A DNA stretch of 64,000 bases from Lama guanicoe (Eukaryota). The translations under genes and the position numbers were made by a program. The stretch covers positions 11,252,715 through 11,316,714 of the forward strand of contig MU057036.1 of assembly GCA_013239625.1 (NCBI GenBank), written 5' to 3'. The notes beneath the pieces were generated by a model, which was given only the letters and a program-made list of their open reading frames with translations, was not told where the DNA came from and ran no database searches. Every line of letters begins with the position of its first letter. The first letter of the stretch is position 1. Positions 13,700-26,830 of the stretch are shown here, in pieces.

Positions 13700-14320
13700 T
13701 TTCTTCATTCAGCAAATACTTAGGGAGCTGCTGTTGTATGATGAGTACTTTTTAGGTCTAGGGAAGAACAGTGAACAGAACAAAGTCCCTGACCTTATGG
13801 GGTTTACATACAAGGGAGGAAGAGGGGCAGATGATACACAAATGATTAGACAGTGTGTATGTGATATACACACATATGTAATAACATTCTAAAAGTATAT
13901 ATTTTTATACGTAACGTATAGTTTTATTTGTATATATATTTAATAACATCATGAAAAAACTAAGCCAGAAAAGGGGGTTTGGAAAGGAGCCATCCTAGTA
14001 GGATGGTCAGAGAAAGCTCTCCCTGAGAAGGTACAGTTCAGGCGGATACCTGGAGCAAGTCCTGGGAGGTCGCGTCCTGACTCTGGGGGCGAGTGCTCTC
14101 GGTGGAGGAAGCCGGTACTACAAGGCCCAGGGTGGGGATGAGCTGGCTTGGGGAGGTGATGGCAGAAGAGAGGCTGGCTGGAGGGGAGGGAAAGAGAAAA
14201 GCTGGTAGAGCCTGCTGGTGAATAAGCCAGGATTTGGGCTTCACTACAAGTATCCCAGGAACCACTGGAATGTTTTGAGCAGAGAAATAACAGAATCTCC
14301 CTTCCATTTAAAAAAGTTAA
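13700..14320 (-). mobile_element. L2 3' fragment
   Basis: CATTCAGCAAATAC...CAGTGAACAGAACAAAGTCCCTGACCTTATGG...GGTCAGAGAAAGCTCTCCCTGAG. Confidence 0.75.
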
Positions 14321-15782
14321 TCTGACTTTTTCTTGTTTAATCTTTAAAGCCCTAATAAAGTCCTCTGAAAAGCTTAATGGAAACAAAGAGTACTTGAACA
14401 AAGATAAGAGAGGCAGAGAAAGTTAATTTAATTTACTGGGTATTCTTTTTATAGTGGATGGAATCTGTACATATCCCTTTAATAATTCCAATAACAATAC
14501 ATTGAATAATGTAACAATTTATTGGTGGTGAGTGTTGCCCGATATTTATCTCATTTGATTTTTCTGACTATAAGTTATGAGAGAGGGATGATATTTTTAT
14601 GTTACTGTGTTTAGTTAAACTTTCGGTTTCTTCTCAATCAGTTGAAAATGACGATCTAGACAGTGAACTGAATATTTATGGAAAAAAGTCTACAAAAGTC
14701 ACCCTCATAATAAAAAAGCTTGAAAAGCTACAAAATTTCAAATCAGAATTTTAAAAAAATGGCAAGACAAATCCATTATTTAGAATTCATTGTCAAAAAG
14801 AGAATGCCTTTGTAAGAAAGGGGAATTTAGCTTCACACTGGAATTGCTTCATTATTATTTGTAAAGAGCTCTGTCAGGGAACTACGAATTCGCCAATAAA
14901 ACTACAAATTACTCCAACAGATGTTTACAAAGCGTGCCATTGAAGGGGTGATATACGGTCCTAAAGCCACTAATGATGGCGCTTCACAAACGTTACACCA
15001 CGTTATATCGTCTAAGACAATAACGTCTGTTATTTACAACAGAATTCTTAAATATTTGTTGCCTACATGCGTTACTGACAAGCAGAAGAACACCTATTGG
15101 GGAGCACATAATGTGAATCTTTTGAAGTCGGAGGTTTGCCTTTTCTCGTTCATGAGAACAGCACTTAATAAGGAATTTCTTAGAAACACTAGCAAGTACT
15201 AAGCCGTCAGAAACTTCCTGCTAAATATGTACCACTTCCCACCTATCTCTGACAATCCTCAGACATTGGAATCTCTTTTTAACAATATTTTATTGTCCAT
15301 AATATTTAAGGAAATGGAGATTCTTCATAGATCTTTTGAGACTTGCATTGTGTAAATACATTGTTTGTCTACATTTTTGTTTCAAGTGCTTTTTAACCAC
15401 CGGACTAGAGTAAGGTGATTCTCTAGACTAGACCTGTTAACCATTTTTCAGCCAACCCATTCAGAGGCAGGTTGCTGAGACAGGGAACGAGATAATACGA
15501 TTCGGTGATAAAACAAGCAGTCCGCTCCTTGCTGGCAAGCTGTGAGGTTGACTTCTTAATAGAGGGTTGGAGAGTGAGTCTGAATTACAGTTTCCTCCAG
15601 GATGATACAAGCTTCAAAATTCACTGGGGGAAGGGCTGATGGTGCAGACAAGAGAAACCTTTACAAGTGATCTCTTTACATCCATTTACACTCATGAGTG
15701 TGTGTGTGTTCTTTTTTTTTTTTTTTTTTTTGACGTGTGAGAACAAACTGGTCAAAATCTCTTAAACGGTTTTTGCTATTTT

Positions 15783-16151
15783 CCTTTTTTTTAACATTCT
15801 TTTTTTTAATTGAATTATAGTTGCTATACAATATCATGTAAGTTACAGGTGTACAATATAGTAATTCACAATTTGTAAAGGTTGTATTCCATTTATAGCT
15901 ATTGTAAGATACTGGCTGTTTCCCCCATGTTGTACAATGTACCCTTGTAGCTTATTTTATACTTAATAGTTTGTATCTCTTAATCCCCTCACCCCATTCA
16001 TTCCTCACTTCTCTCTCCCCACTGGTAACTACTAATTTGTTCTCTGTATCTGTGAGTCTGCTTCTTTTTTGTTATATTCACTAGTTTGTTATATTTTTTG
16101 ATTCCACGTATACGTGAGATCATACAGTATTTGTCTTTCTCCATCTGACTT
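15783..16151 (-). mobile_element. 5'-truncated L1 3' end
   Basis: Poly-T followed by L1 3'-UTR complement; encodes the KDKYCMIS tail on the minus strand; TSD TTTGCTATTTT at 15772 and 16158. Confidence 0.88.
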
Positions 16152-19010
16152 AAGGGCTTTGCTATTTTGAATAGAAACGTCCACTTAAGAGATTTCATAG
16201 TTAAAAAAAAAGTTCTTAGTTGACTCACTGTTCCCTGGCAATGGTGGCCCCTCTTCAGGGTAGCACACCATATATTAGAACAAGTTATAACAAAGAGAAA
16301 TGAATTTGAGGAAAACTGCGTCCATTTGACCTTTTGTATTTGGTATGCATAGATAACCCAACCAGGATGCTCTTGTGCACTTAGCACACTGAGGCATTTA
16401 AGTCATTTTCATTTTATTGGGGAGCTGCGGTAAAGCTGCAGTTAGACCTCTGGGAAATCATTACTGGCTCAAGCTAAGTGCTATTGCTGACTCTATTATG
16501 GTCCTGGAGTCTTGGGGAGTCATCTACACTGATTCATAAGGATTCCTTTGATCAGCTGGAAAAACTTCTCCCTGCTCGGAATGAGGGCAGAGAAGTCTCA
16601 CAGGTCAGATTGTGCTGCTGACATTCTCAAGATGATGCTAGTAACTCCTCTCAGATTATGTCCATGACACTGTCTAAATCCCTTTGCAAACAGCTGGATC
16701 CCAACATGACTGCCTTTATTTGTGCAATTGAAGAACTAGAGTGATCCTGACACACCGCTAGCGAAGAAGTAATTTTCTTACCCTCTTGAAGGTGGTAACC
16801 AGCTTGGGCTCGATTTTTTTTGTTTCAAATTGCTCAGGTTGATGGGATTAAAGATATTTAAAAGAAAGAATTTAAAATCTGCAGTAGGAAAAAGATATTT
16901 GTGTTTATTTTATGTATTGGCTTTAATAGACTTGCCCTCTGAAAATACTTTATCATAACAAAGTAGGTGGACCCATGTACTGAGTTGGTAGCTTTCAAAT
17001 TTCTGAACAAAAACTCATAGTAAATTTCCCACCTGTTTATATATGTGTATGTATATGTGTATATTAAATGACAATGCAAAATATATAGAGATAGGCTGAT
17101 TGATTGCTAAAGATAGGTAAATGAAACAATCTTCACCATGTACCATGTCTGATTTTTCTAATGTATCCTATTTTATTTCACCTTTTTGGGTTTTTTTTGA
17201 ATGCTAGTGGAGACCAGTTTATTTCATGATCTGCCAGTAGGTCACAATTAGCAGTTTGGTCATTACTGGGCTAACCAGTAAGGGTACCTAGAGTATTTTC
17301 TCTCCTTTGAGTTCCCCAATGACAAACCCAAGAACTAAAACACTTGGTGCTAGGGTTTTGACTTAACAGGTTGGTTTGTGCCAAACACTTTGAGGCTCCA
17401 AACTCCCATCTTATTGAGATGACTGAATCACTTCTGAACGAGCCCTTTGAAGCTGCCACCCACTGTACTAAAAACAAATCAAACAAAAGGGGAACCAGAC
17501 CCTTCCCAGAGTGGTCTGGTACTATTCCGCATGTATCACAGTAGGGAAGGAAAAGTAATGATGTTTTTCACATTTGAGTGAATCTCATTGAAGAACAAAT
17601 GTCTCTGATTGCTTTTCAAAAATTTAAAGTAATGGCAAAGTGAACTTAAGTGGAAGGAAAAAGATAGAAGAAAAATTCTTAATTCTGCATTTAGCCATTA
17701 ATTGAATAGATTCCTTGGTATCTGAAACTAGTCTTTGGTTTGGCACCTTCTTGGATGTAAATAGCGCTGACAGTGCCCATCCTTGATTCTTATTTGGCGT
17801 GTTAGAGAGGGGGTAAATGACCCCCAGTCCCCAGTACGTTGCCTTTAATTCCCATTTTTTAAAATAATTTCTTCCTACAAAGAGCCAATCACGCTTCCTG
17901 CCTGCTCCCCTCCACCCTCAACATGAATGGTAAAATGCTCAGGTTGAAATAATGGAGTTTTTTGGTTGCTGGAAATGATGGATTGCAGCAATCAGCTAAG
18001 CTTTTAAAAGCATATGTATTAAAAGGGAGAAGAAGGTATGTCTTGGATTCCACCCACTCCAGAAATCAACTAAGAGAGAATTCTCTCCATTTAAACAATG
18101 TAATTTCATCCTACCCTTGGGGCATTGCTGCTGCTATGTTGAGGAACATGTACATCAAATTGATTGGCTTCCTGCACCCTGACAGTCATTAATTCTGCAA
18201 AAGGTGCTGGGGACCTTCCTGGTGCATGGAGTGATCTGAAAACAATGCAGGGTGACAGCCTTTTCCTCACCTCACCCCTGAAGTCCAATCTCAGGACAGG
18301 TGACGGGCCTGACATATCTTTTTACAGTACACGTCTTCCCATTCTCTCTAATAAGAAAGAGATTTTGAAGATATTATTTGCTTTGAAGGAGCTGGTCCCA
18401 TGGTACATAGAAACGTTTCCATTGGTCAAAACAGTCGTAATGCCAGGTGTTATGGGGGCTGTCAAGGTAGGGGAGCTTGAGTGGTGGGGCTTAAAACGCT
18501 TACCTATTTGAAGAGACCTGCAAATAATTCACACTTATCACACGTATATAATATCCAAATGTCTGAAAAGATGGTGCCAGCAACATAAAAAGGCTAAAGG
18601 AAGTTTAATAAAGGCAGTGCTGTCCATTCTCAAAGGGTCAAATTTTCTCCTGTCATTATACTTTCTACAAAAGAACACTATTCAGACCTGGCGGATTTTT
18701 TTTTTTCACTTCCCATAGGCAATTATTTCCATCTTAACCTTGGATAAAGGAAGTTAGACTAATAGTTAAATGTGCTTGGAGTTATGCCTGTGACTTTTTT
18801 TTTAATTACCCTGTGAATTTTCTTATTGAAAGCTCAGTGAACTTCTTAATTTAAAAAATAAGAACAGCTCATGCTCTTTGCCGGGTAATCACCAGGGCAC
18901 CACTGTCATCAGAGGGATGTTAAGGACCTACCTGTCTGTATCCCTGCTAGGATTTAAATAGCCACAGCCCCTATTTTCTCAAAATCTGCAACCTAGGATG
19001 CATGAGATGT

Positions 19011-19215
19011 ACAATTCTCCGCTGGGGGCGATTTGCACCTCCCCCAGGGGACGTTTAACACTGTCTGGTGATATTTTTAATTGCTATGACCAGGGGGCTT
19101 CTATTAGATAGAAGCCAGGGATGCTGTTAAATATCTTACAGTGCACAGAACAGACCCAACAGCAGAGAATTATCTGGGCCAAAATGTCACTGGAGCTGAG
19201 GTGGAGAAAGCCCAC
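19011..19215. mobile_element. MER20 (hAT-Charlie)
   Basis: GGGGGCGATTTGCACCTCCCCCAGGGGAC...CCAGGGATGCTGTTAAATATCTTACAGTGCACAG...CCAAAATGTCA...GAGGTGGAGAAA. Confidence 0.85.
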
Positions 19216-19566
19216 TTTGGGTGTTGGCAGATGTATGTAAAGGTCATATTGAAGGTGAAAAGTGGTAGACCAGGTACCCAAATTCCATGTCACTGCTGCA
19301 ACTCTGTATGAACGTGCACTTCTGGAAAATTTTCAAGTTTCTAAGCTACAGGTTTGCTCTTTAATCGCTCTATTAACACTTGTGCTTGTTTCGTAAGAAA
19401 CAACTGGACACTGGAGATGCTACTTCAGTGTTAACAGTGGCCTGAAAAACAAGCCTCCAACATGACAGAAACTTGCTCATGAATTATTAACATCTCAGGA
19501 AATGGAGAGTATGCCTTGTAGAGTGGGTAGCTGAGCCTACTTTAAATGTTAAAAAAAAAAATTAGA

Positions 19567-20058
19567 TGTATTAGTTAGGGTAAATTTTTGATGGCTGTAA
19601 AAAAAAAAGTCCAAAATCACAGTAGCTTAAATAAAGTAGAAGTTTATTTCTCTCTGATGTGGCAGCCAGAGTGTGAACAGTCTGGGGCTGACATTGGGGC
19701 CCTGGAGTCCCCAGGCTTCTGTCTTGTTCTGCCAGCCTTAGCATACAGCTCTCATTTCACCATCCGGGACGGCCCCTCTACCTCCCATATCATCACGTCC
19801 ACTTCCTAAACAGCAGGAAGGCAAGAAAGAAGTCATGGTCACGGCCCTCCTTTTTAGGGCGTGACCACAAGGCTGTGAACATCACTTCTGCTCACCCCAC
19901 TGTGTAGAACTTGGTCACATGGCTACATCTAGTTGTTAGGGAGGCCAACAGAGTTTTTTGTTGGGCAGACAGGTGTCCAGCAAAACCTCAAGGGGTTCCT
20001 TTATTAAAGGAAGAAGAAAAGCATGTCTATTGGAGAACAGCTCGCAGTCTCTGCCTCA
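19567..20058. mobile_element. MaLR LTR (MLT1J/K-like)
   Basis: TGTATTAGTTAGG...AGTAGCTTAAATAAAGTAGAAGTTTATTTCTCTC...GGTCACATGGCTACATCTAG...GCCTCA. Confidence 0.75.
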
Positions 20059-20214
20059 GATATCACATCTTAGGTTAATTCAAGGTCAAGGAACGTAAAG
20101 ACTGCTTAATAATTCCAGATGGTCTTTGGTTGGGATAGAGGGCACAGACTGTGACGATGCCTACAGTGGCTTGTTATTTTCACTCTGTTACGTTAATCCT
20201 AAATCACATGTGAG

Positions 20215-20455
20215 GCAGTACCAGCTCAGGAGCTAAACCACCAGGGTTCAAATCTTGGCTCTGCCCCTTGCTAGCTGAGTCAGTTTCAGCGAGCTTCTTT
20301 CCACTCTCTGTACGTGGACTTCCTCCTTTGTAAATTGTGGCTGATAATAACACCTAACTCACAGAGTCGTGGTGAGGATGAGTGATGTCATACCTGTAAG
20401 GCATTCAGAGCAGTGCCCACCAGGCGATGCTACTAAGAGCTCTCAACATTATCAT
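20215..20455 (+). mobile_element. MIR
   Basis: GGGTTCAAATCTTGGCTCTGCC...TTCCTCCTTTGTAAA...GTGAGGATGAG core. Confidence 0.75.
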
Positions 20456-22444
20456 TGTCGGGGATGCTTGCGCCCGACTAGCTGATTTCACATCTGTTGA
20501 TTTGAACCTGAGCTTACTAAACACTTCTGTGTCTGTTCATTCCATTTGGTTTTAAAATCCCAATAAATACTCCTTTCTTTGATTTAATTTTGAATTGTAG
20601 CTCCCTCCCCCACTAAAGTTATCAAAATGTGGAATTTGATTTGGAACGAAAATAAAGCTAAATCGGGACTGATGAGCTGGAGCCCACTCATGAGCCCGTT
20701 GTCTTGCCAGCACTTCACACAGGAGTCCCGTCGGTGGACAAGCTAGAAATTCAGGGTAGACAACTGATGTTCCAGCTGCTTTGTCTCCTACCTGTTGATT
20801 TCTCTGCAGATGTCAGAGATTTCTGCTTTCTTCCAATAAATTTCATGAAACTCGAGATAATTCTTTGCTCTTCAGTAAAGGAATTTAAGAGCGCATCGTG
20901 AAAACATTTCAACCCAGAAGATCTACAAATAGCAGAAGTTGTCATGCTTTCTGCAGTATTTCAGATTTTAACCTCTTATAGCAGATATCCTTCCCTGAAA
21001 TTCTGCTTTGTCAGCTCCAATAAGCAAAGCACTAAAACTAAGGTTAGCACATTTTTAAAGCTTCGAATGTACATGCATACGTGTGTGTGTGTATTCGAGA
21101 AAATCCTGTGTGGGTGACGGTATAGTGTGACCCCTAAAACACACATGTTCTTTGTTAGGTCATTTCTTATTTTTCACCAGTGTAAGTTTTGAAAGCAGCT
21201 GAATATTTTAGCTATGAAGTGATAGAAATGCAAATCATGGACACTGTTCTCTGGAACGCGGGGCGCACTTCTGTCGGCTGTAACTTACTCTGATGCGAAT
21301 ATGGGGTTAGTGAGGCAGCCTTGTGCCAGTACATAGACCTTTGTCTTGATTTTCTTCTCAAAGTCCCTTTGGTCCTTACAGCAGAAAATGTAATGGATGA
21401 TTCCACATCCATTTAATCTTAAATTCAGTGAGGGAGAATGATGGTGACTCATGATGGTAATTCTGATTATTTTATCAACAGAGAATGATAAAGAAAACAA
21501 TCTCACACAGTCACGTGAAAATGGAAGTTATTTAGACTGGCCTGTATCAAAATATTTACTCAACTGGGTAAAACTGTCAGCTCTCAGAGGGCCTGTAGGT
21601 TTAACAACAATACAGTGAGAATTTCCAGAATAAATTATTTCCATTTCTACCATGGAAGCTTTGGTCTCTTAAAACTCAACATATTACAGTGTAATACTTA
21701 AACATTATTCAGGACTTAAGGAAACAAGCCCTAGAGTGCTGGTTCCTCTGAATAGAAGAAGGGTTTCACTCTTCAGTCTTTCTTTTCGAAATAAATGAAT
21801 CCAGGAAACAGAAAGGCATAGAAGGAGCACGTGGGAATGAGGACAGAAAGCCTTACAGTGAACAGGCTCCAGAGAGACAGGGGACAAAGTCCTGCTTCTG
21901 TGAGGCAGCATTTGGGACCAGAGGCGCTGTGAATGGTCTCTCAAAGTTCACAACCTCTCTTTGGCCAACTTGCACGAAGCATAAAACTCTTGTGAGTGAC
22001 CAGGTGAACAGCTGTAACTTGATAGGAAGATAATCCTCTGGCTATTATTATATCAGAGCAGCAGAGTGTCTGTAAAGGTCAATGTGAAGCTTTCTAAAAT
22101 AATCTTACCTAACGGCAAAGAGTTTACCTTTAGGAACGAGATCTGTACTTGGTCCTTTAAGGTCTCTGTTACCCAACCAGCACAGAGGTGGTGTGCAGCA
22201 CACTCTGGCTTGGGGCCGGTATGATTCGTTTGTGGGAGACTCTTCAAGACCTCTAAGTTTTGTTTGGGGATATCATACAAGGATTCTGTTGATTAAAAAT
22301 TATTGCAAAGGTGGTCCCAGAATTGCGTGACTCAGGGCCACTGCCCCATAAGACGAAAATTCTTTGTAAAGCATAACACAATGCCTGCCTTTGACCTTGC
22401 TTCTGACTTGGCATGACTCTGGGGAGGACACCCTCAGGGTGTGT

Positions 22445-22640
22445 GGTTCATTTCAGTATCTGTGGAAAGGGGACAGAGCCTACCAGAAAGGCTGTTAGGA
22501 GGACCAGTGACACAACTTACTTCAGGTACTTAGCAGAGCGTGAGCGTCGTTAGACGGTTCATTTCAGTATCTGTGGAAAGGGGACAGAGCCCAGTGACAC
22601 AACTTACTTCAGGTACTTAGCAGAGCGTGAGCGTCGTTAG
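22445..22640. repeat. Near-perfect tandem duplication (109 bp + 85 bp)
   Basis: 22556-22640 is identical to 22445-22553 except that it lacks 24 nt; 2-nt spacer AC. Confidence 0.95.
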
Positions 22641-22964
22641 CTCACATTAGCTCTCAGTAGAGAATTTTGTTATAGGTTATTATTTCTTACATAGGTGTTA
22701 AGAAGATAAAAGGAGACATCATATTACATGTTTAGAGTTGATTAGAAACTTGATTTGCAAGTGATGAAATAAGGTATCCCCCAACCCCTCTCCCCACCAC
22801 CAGTTCTCCACTCACTGCTCCTACCCTCCCCCCTTCTCCTCTCTTTCTCTGCCACCCAACTGGTGCTACCAGTTTCATGGGAATCCCTCCAGAGATACTG
22901 TATGCACAGGTAGGTGAAAACATATCTGTATACATCCGTATGTATTTTTGGAACATTCATTCTT

Positions 22965-23360
22965 TTTAATTAAAAATAATTTTATTGAAATATAGTTGAT
23001 TTACTGTGTTGTGTTAGTTGCAGGTGTACAGTAAAGTGATCCAATTTTATACATATTCTCCAATATTCTTTTGTAGATTCTTTTCCATTATAGGTTATCA
23101 CAAGATATTGAATGTAGTTCTCTGTGCTACACAGTAGGTCCTTGTTGTCTATTTTATACACAGTAGTGTTATATCCCACTCTTTTTTTTTAATTGAAATA
23201 TAGTCAGTTTACAATGTTGTGTTAATTTCCACCAGTGTACAGCATAGTGATTCAGTTATATATCTATATATGCAGATGACTGGACAAAGAAGTTGTGCTA
23301 ATGGAATACTAGTCAATTAAAAGAACAATAAAATAATGCCATTTGCAGCAACATGGATGA
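22965..23360 (-). mobile_element. Composite L1 insertion: two minus-strand 3' ends plus an inverted (+) L1 piece
   Basis: 22965-23180 and 23182-23271 are L1 3'-end complements; 23272-23360 is sense L1 (ATAATGCCATTTGCAGCAACATGGATG); flanked by AACATT(C/T)ATTCTT. Confidence 0.8.
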
Positions 23361-23985
23361 AACATTTATTCTTAAGCACCCTTCCACTTTAAAGAATAAA
23401 AAACCTCCTTTCAAGCTGGTATTTGAAATGAGGAAATGAAGTAAGAGTCTTGTCCCTCCATGGGTGTGAATGGCAAGTTTTCCTACCCTGTGGAATCAAA
23501 TGGTTATGTCCTTCCTGATTTAACAAGATATAGGGGACATCAGATGTAGAGGACCCTACTGATAGATAGACACTGAGGCCAAAGCAATGGCTCAGTGGAG
23601 TCACATTGGAGCTTATGACTACATTCACTGGGCCATTTCATCTTCATATAGAGACATGACCATTTAACTACATGGGCCAAATTATAGGTGCCTGGAATTA
23701 GCAACCAATTCTTTTACATATTTTTGCATACTGTATTAGATGACTGGCTCCATATTAAACTGAAGGGGATTTAGAAGCCTTAGTTGAGGAGCCACTGGTG
23801 TAAGACATCCTACTCTAGCTGAGCAGGGAGAGCACAGAACTTCAGAAAAAATGATGGCTGCTTCTACATCCCTTCTTTTAAACATTCCTGTTGCATCCCC
23901 ATTCCATACATGAACCAAATCGAACCTGATTTAACTCTTCCACATTCCATTACTTAGGGAAAAAATGACTGAAAATGACTGAATA

Positions 23986-24517
23986 ATGTTTAAATGTCCA
24001 TCAACAGATGACCAGATAAAGAAGCTGTGGTATGTTTATACAATGGAATACTACTCAGCCATAAAAAATAAAATAATGCCATTTGCAGCAGCATGGGTGA
24101 ACCTGGAGATCGTCATTCTGAGTGAAGTAAGCCAGAAAGAGAAAGAAAAATACCATATGTTATCACTTATATATGGAAATTAGAAAAAAAAGAAAAAAGG
24201 ACACTATAAACTCATGTACAAAACAGAAACAGACTTGCAGACATAGTAAACAATCTTAAGGCTACCAGGGAGAGGGGGTAGGAAAGGATAAATTTGGGAG
24301 TTTGAGATTACAAATGTTAGCCACTATATATAAAAATAGATTTTTTTAAGTTTCTTTTGTATAGCACAGAGAACTATGTTCAATATCTTGTATATTATCC
24401 TTTAATTGAAAAGAATATGAAAACGCATAAATGTATGTATATGCATGACTGGGGCATTGTGCTGTGCACCAGAAATTGACACATTGTAACTGACTGTGCT
24501 TCAATTTAAAAAAAAAG
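23986..24517 (+). mobile_element. L1 3' end (ORF2 C-terminus, 3' UTR and poly-A)
   Basis: ORF KCPSTDDQIKKLWYVYTMEYYSAIK...MPFAAAWVNLEIVILSEVSQKEKEKYHM is the L1 ORF2p tail. Confidence 0.92.
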
Positions 24518-26599
24518 GCATACATATGATTATCCTGGTGCCTCAGTAACGTGATTCTCCTATCTATAAATAATGCAGTGGAGGAAGTAGACACAATCAC
24601 TCCCCATAAGCAGCTGATGGTGATTCTGACGTCACTTGACAGGCACGGGTGGTTAGTAGGCTAAGTCTAGGTATTGTAGTTGGACGTTTTGGCTAAACCT
24701 TCACTTTGGAAGAAGAAATAGGTGTGCCATTCCATTTGAAAGCCTTGCCTTGGGAAACTCACTTTTTACTCATGGTTTCCCGCTGGACCAGTATTTGGGA
24801 TTTGGTGTTATTCGGTGCCCTGTTCTGCTGGAGATGTTACTTGTTTCTTCACAATAGAAATCGTTCTGTGACTTGGGTCTTGACAGGTGGGGAGCTCTTC
24901 CATTGGCCTTTACGGCTGTTGGGTACGTATATGCTTTTGAAATGACAAATATATATCTCTAGGAGTCTTACCTGACAGTATCTCCTGTGAGATTAGAATG
25001 TGACCACATTTCCAGCTCAGACAACACCAACAGGACCTGGAGACAAATCGTGTGCTGAAAAAACAGCTGTACTCTGTTGAAATCAGAGCATGACAGCGTT
25101 CCAACTCAAGGAGCATTTGTGAGCTCCCATATGAGTATTAAATGCAAGAATCTTTGTTCGTGGAACATTAAGGTTACAAATGTGCACATGCCAAAACTGG
25201 GAAGTAGCAGAAAATAAGATTCTGATGGTGACATCTGTTCTCCACTATAGTACATGTTCTATAGTACAGTGTACAGTTTGAAGACTGCTTAGTTATGCAA
25301 AGCCTTTGGTATGTGGTGTGGTTAAGAACCTGAGCTTCAGCATGTGGGGAGGCAGAGGATGAGGCGAAGAGGGCACTGAGCAAAGACTGGCTCACACCCA
25401 GTCTAGCTTCTACGGTACGAGTTGAGGCAAGTAATTAGCTGCCCTGCACCTCCGCAGTAGTGTGCCTTCTCCCTCGTTCTCCCTAGTATGCAGAGGGTGA
25501 GCAAAGATTCTCCTGAAGTGAAGTCTCCAAAGAATATAGAGCCTCCATCATCATCGCTGGAGGTAGTGACTTTCTGTTACGGGGTAGGAAGTGGTGCAAC
25601 AAGGGATAGGCTAGGATTTCTCAGCCTTATCTATTTGCATGTGATTTACATTAATTTACATATCGTATGCATCCGTGTTTTTCTCTCCTTTGCCTATAAT
25701 TAGTGAAATTTTAATCAAATCAACACATATTTATTGATTGTCTATTATATTTAAGATCTATGTAAAAAAAAGGAGGCCAAAAAGAGATGCTTTCAAAGAC
25801 AACCAAGCCAGAAAATAGGAGAAAAATGCGTATATACAACCTACAGTAATACAAGACACATAACTAAAATATATTGTGTTTCCACTATGCAGTTTGGTAG
25901 TGCCTGCATATTTCTAGATTTATTATTTGATTTTTCCATACTTTGATTTATAACCAAAATACTATATTGATTTTTTTTATTTATTTGATTTCCTTTCCAA
26001 TTGGAAAATTGAAATAGAAGGGAAACTTTTTTTTTTCTTTTTTTTAAATTTAGCCTTCTCTTGCTCAACTACTTTGGAGTTGTATCGCTGAGTATCAGCC
26101 TGTTTTTTAACACATCCTTAGACCATTGGATGTTTACATTTACATTCTGAGCTGAAAATCCACTTTTTGCTCTTTCAATCCTTAAATGATTAAATAGAAA
26201 TGGTTTAGATTTTTCATTTAATTATATTGATTATATTAATGCCTTAACTTTTATACACAAGTTCAGTTCTTCAACTTTGTGTCAATAGGATGTGTGTTTG
26301 GAGTAGGATTAAACGTTAAACCTTCCACGCTGTAGCTACGTTCTGTTCTTTAACAGGAACATTTGTGTTTAAGGCAACTGGTAACGTTGTATTTTCATCT
26401 GAGATCATAAAATTCAGTGACACTTGCCATCTAGGAAAAATTAGACACATGACTTTGGCCTCCTTAGGACCCAGTCCCAATCAAGGTCATCATCTATCAG
26501 GCTTTTTCTACTTTGAGAGATTGAAGACCCGTCACAAAAAGGGATGACTCCCCATGAAGACTGTTACATGTCACATGCGATATAAGGGAAGCCACAGAG

Positions 26600-26830
26600 T
26601 GCCTGCTCTTCCAGGTTGGGTATCCCAGGTTCAGATCCCACCTCCACCTCTTCCCTGCTGTGTGAGAACAGACTAATTCCTCAAGCATTCTGAGCTTTGA
26701 TTTTTCCCATCTGTACAATGAGGACAATGATGCGATCAACCTTAATGTGTTGTGAGGATTAAATATTATGAAAGTAAAGGACTTAACCACAGTGCCTGAA
26801 ACAACATAAATGCTAAGTAAATCTTAACTA
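26600..26830 (+). mobile_element. MIR
   Basis: TTTCCCATCTGTACAATGAGG...GTTGTGAGGATTAAAT...ACAGTGCCTG. Confidence 0.75.

Noticed and set aside
22445-22640. CRISPR-like or prokaryotic defence-system interpretation of direct repeats
   Set aside because: Mammalian intronic DNA; only two copies, no spacer array and no cas-like genes.
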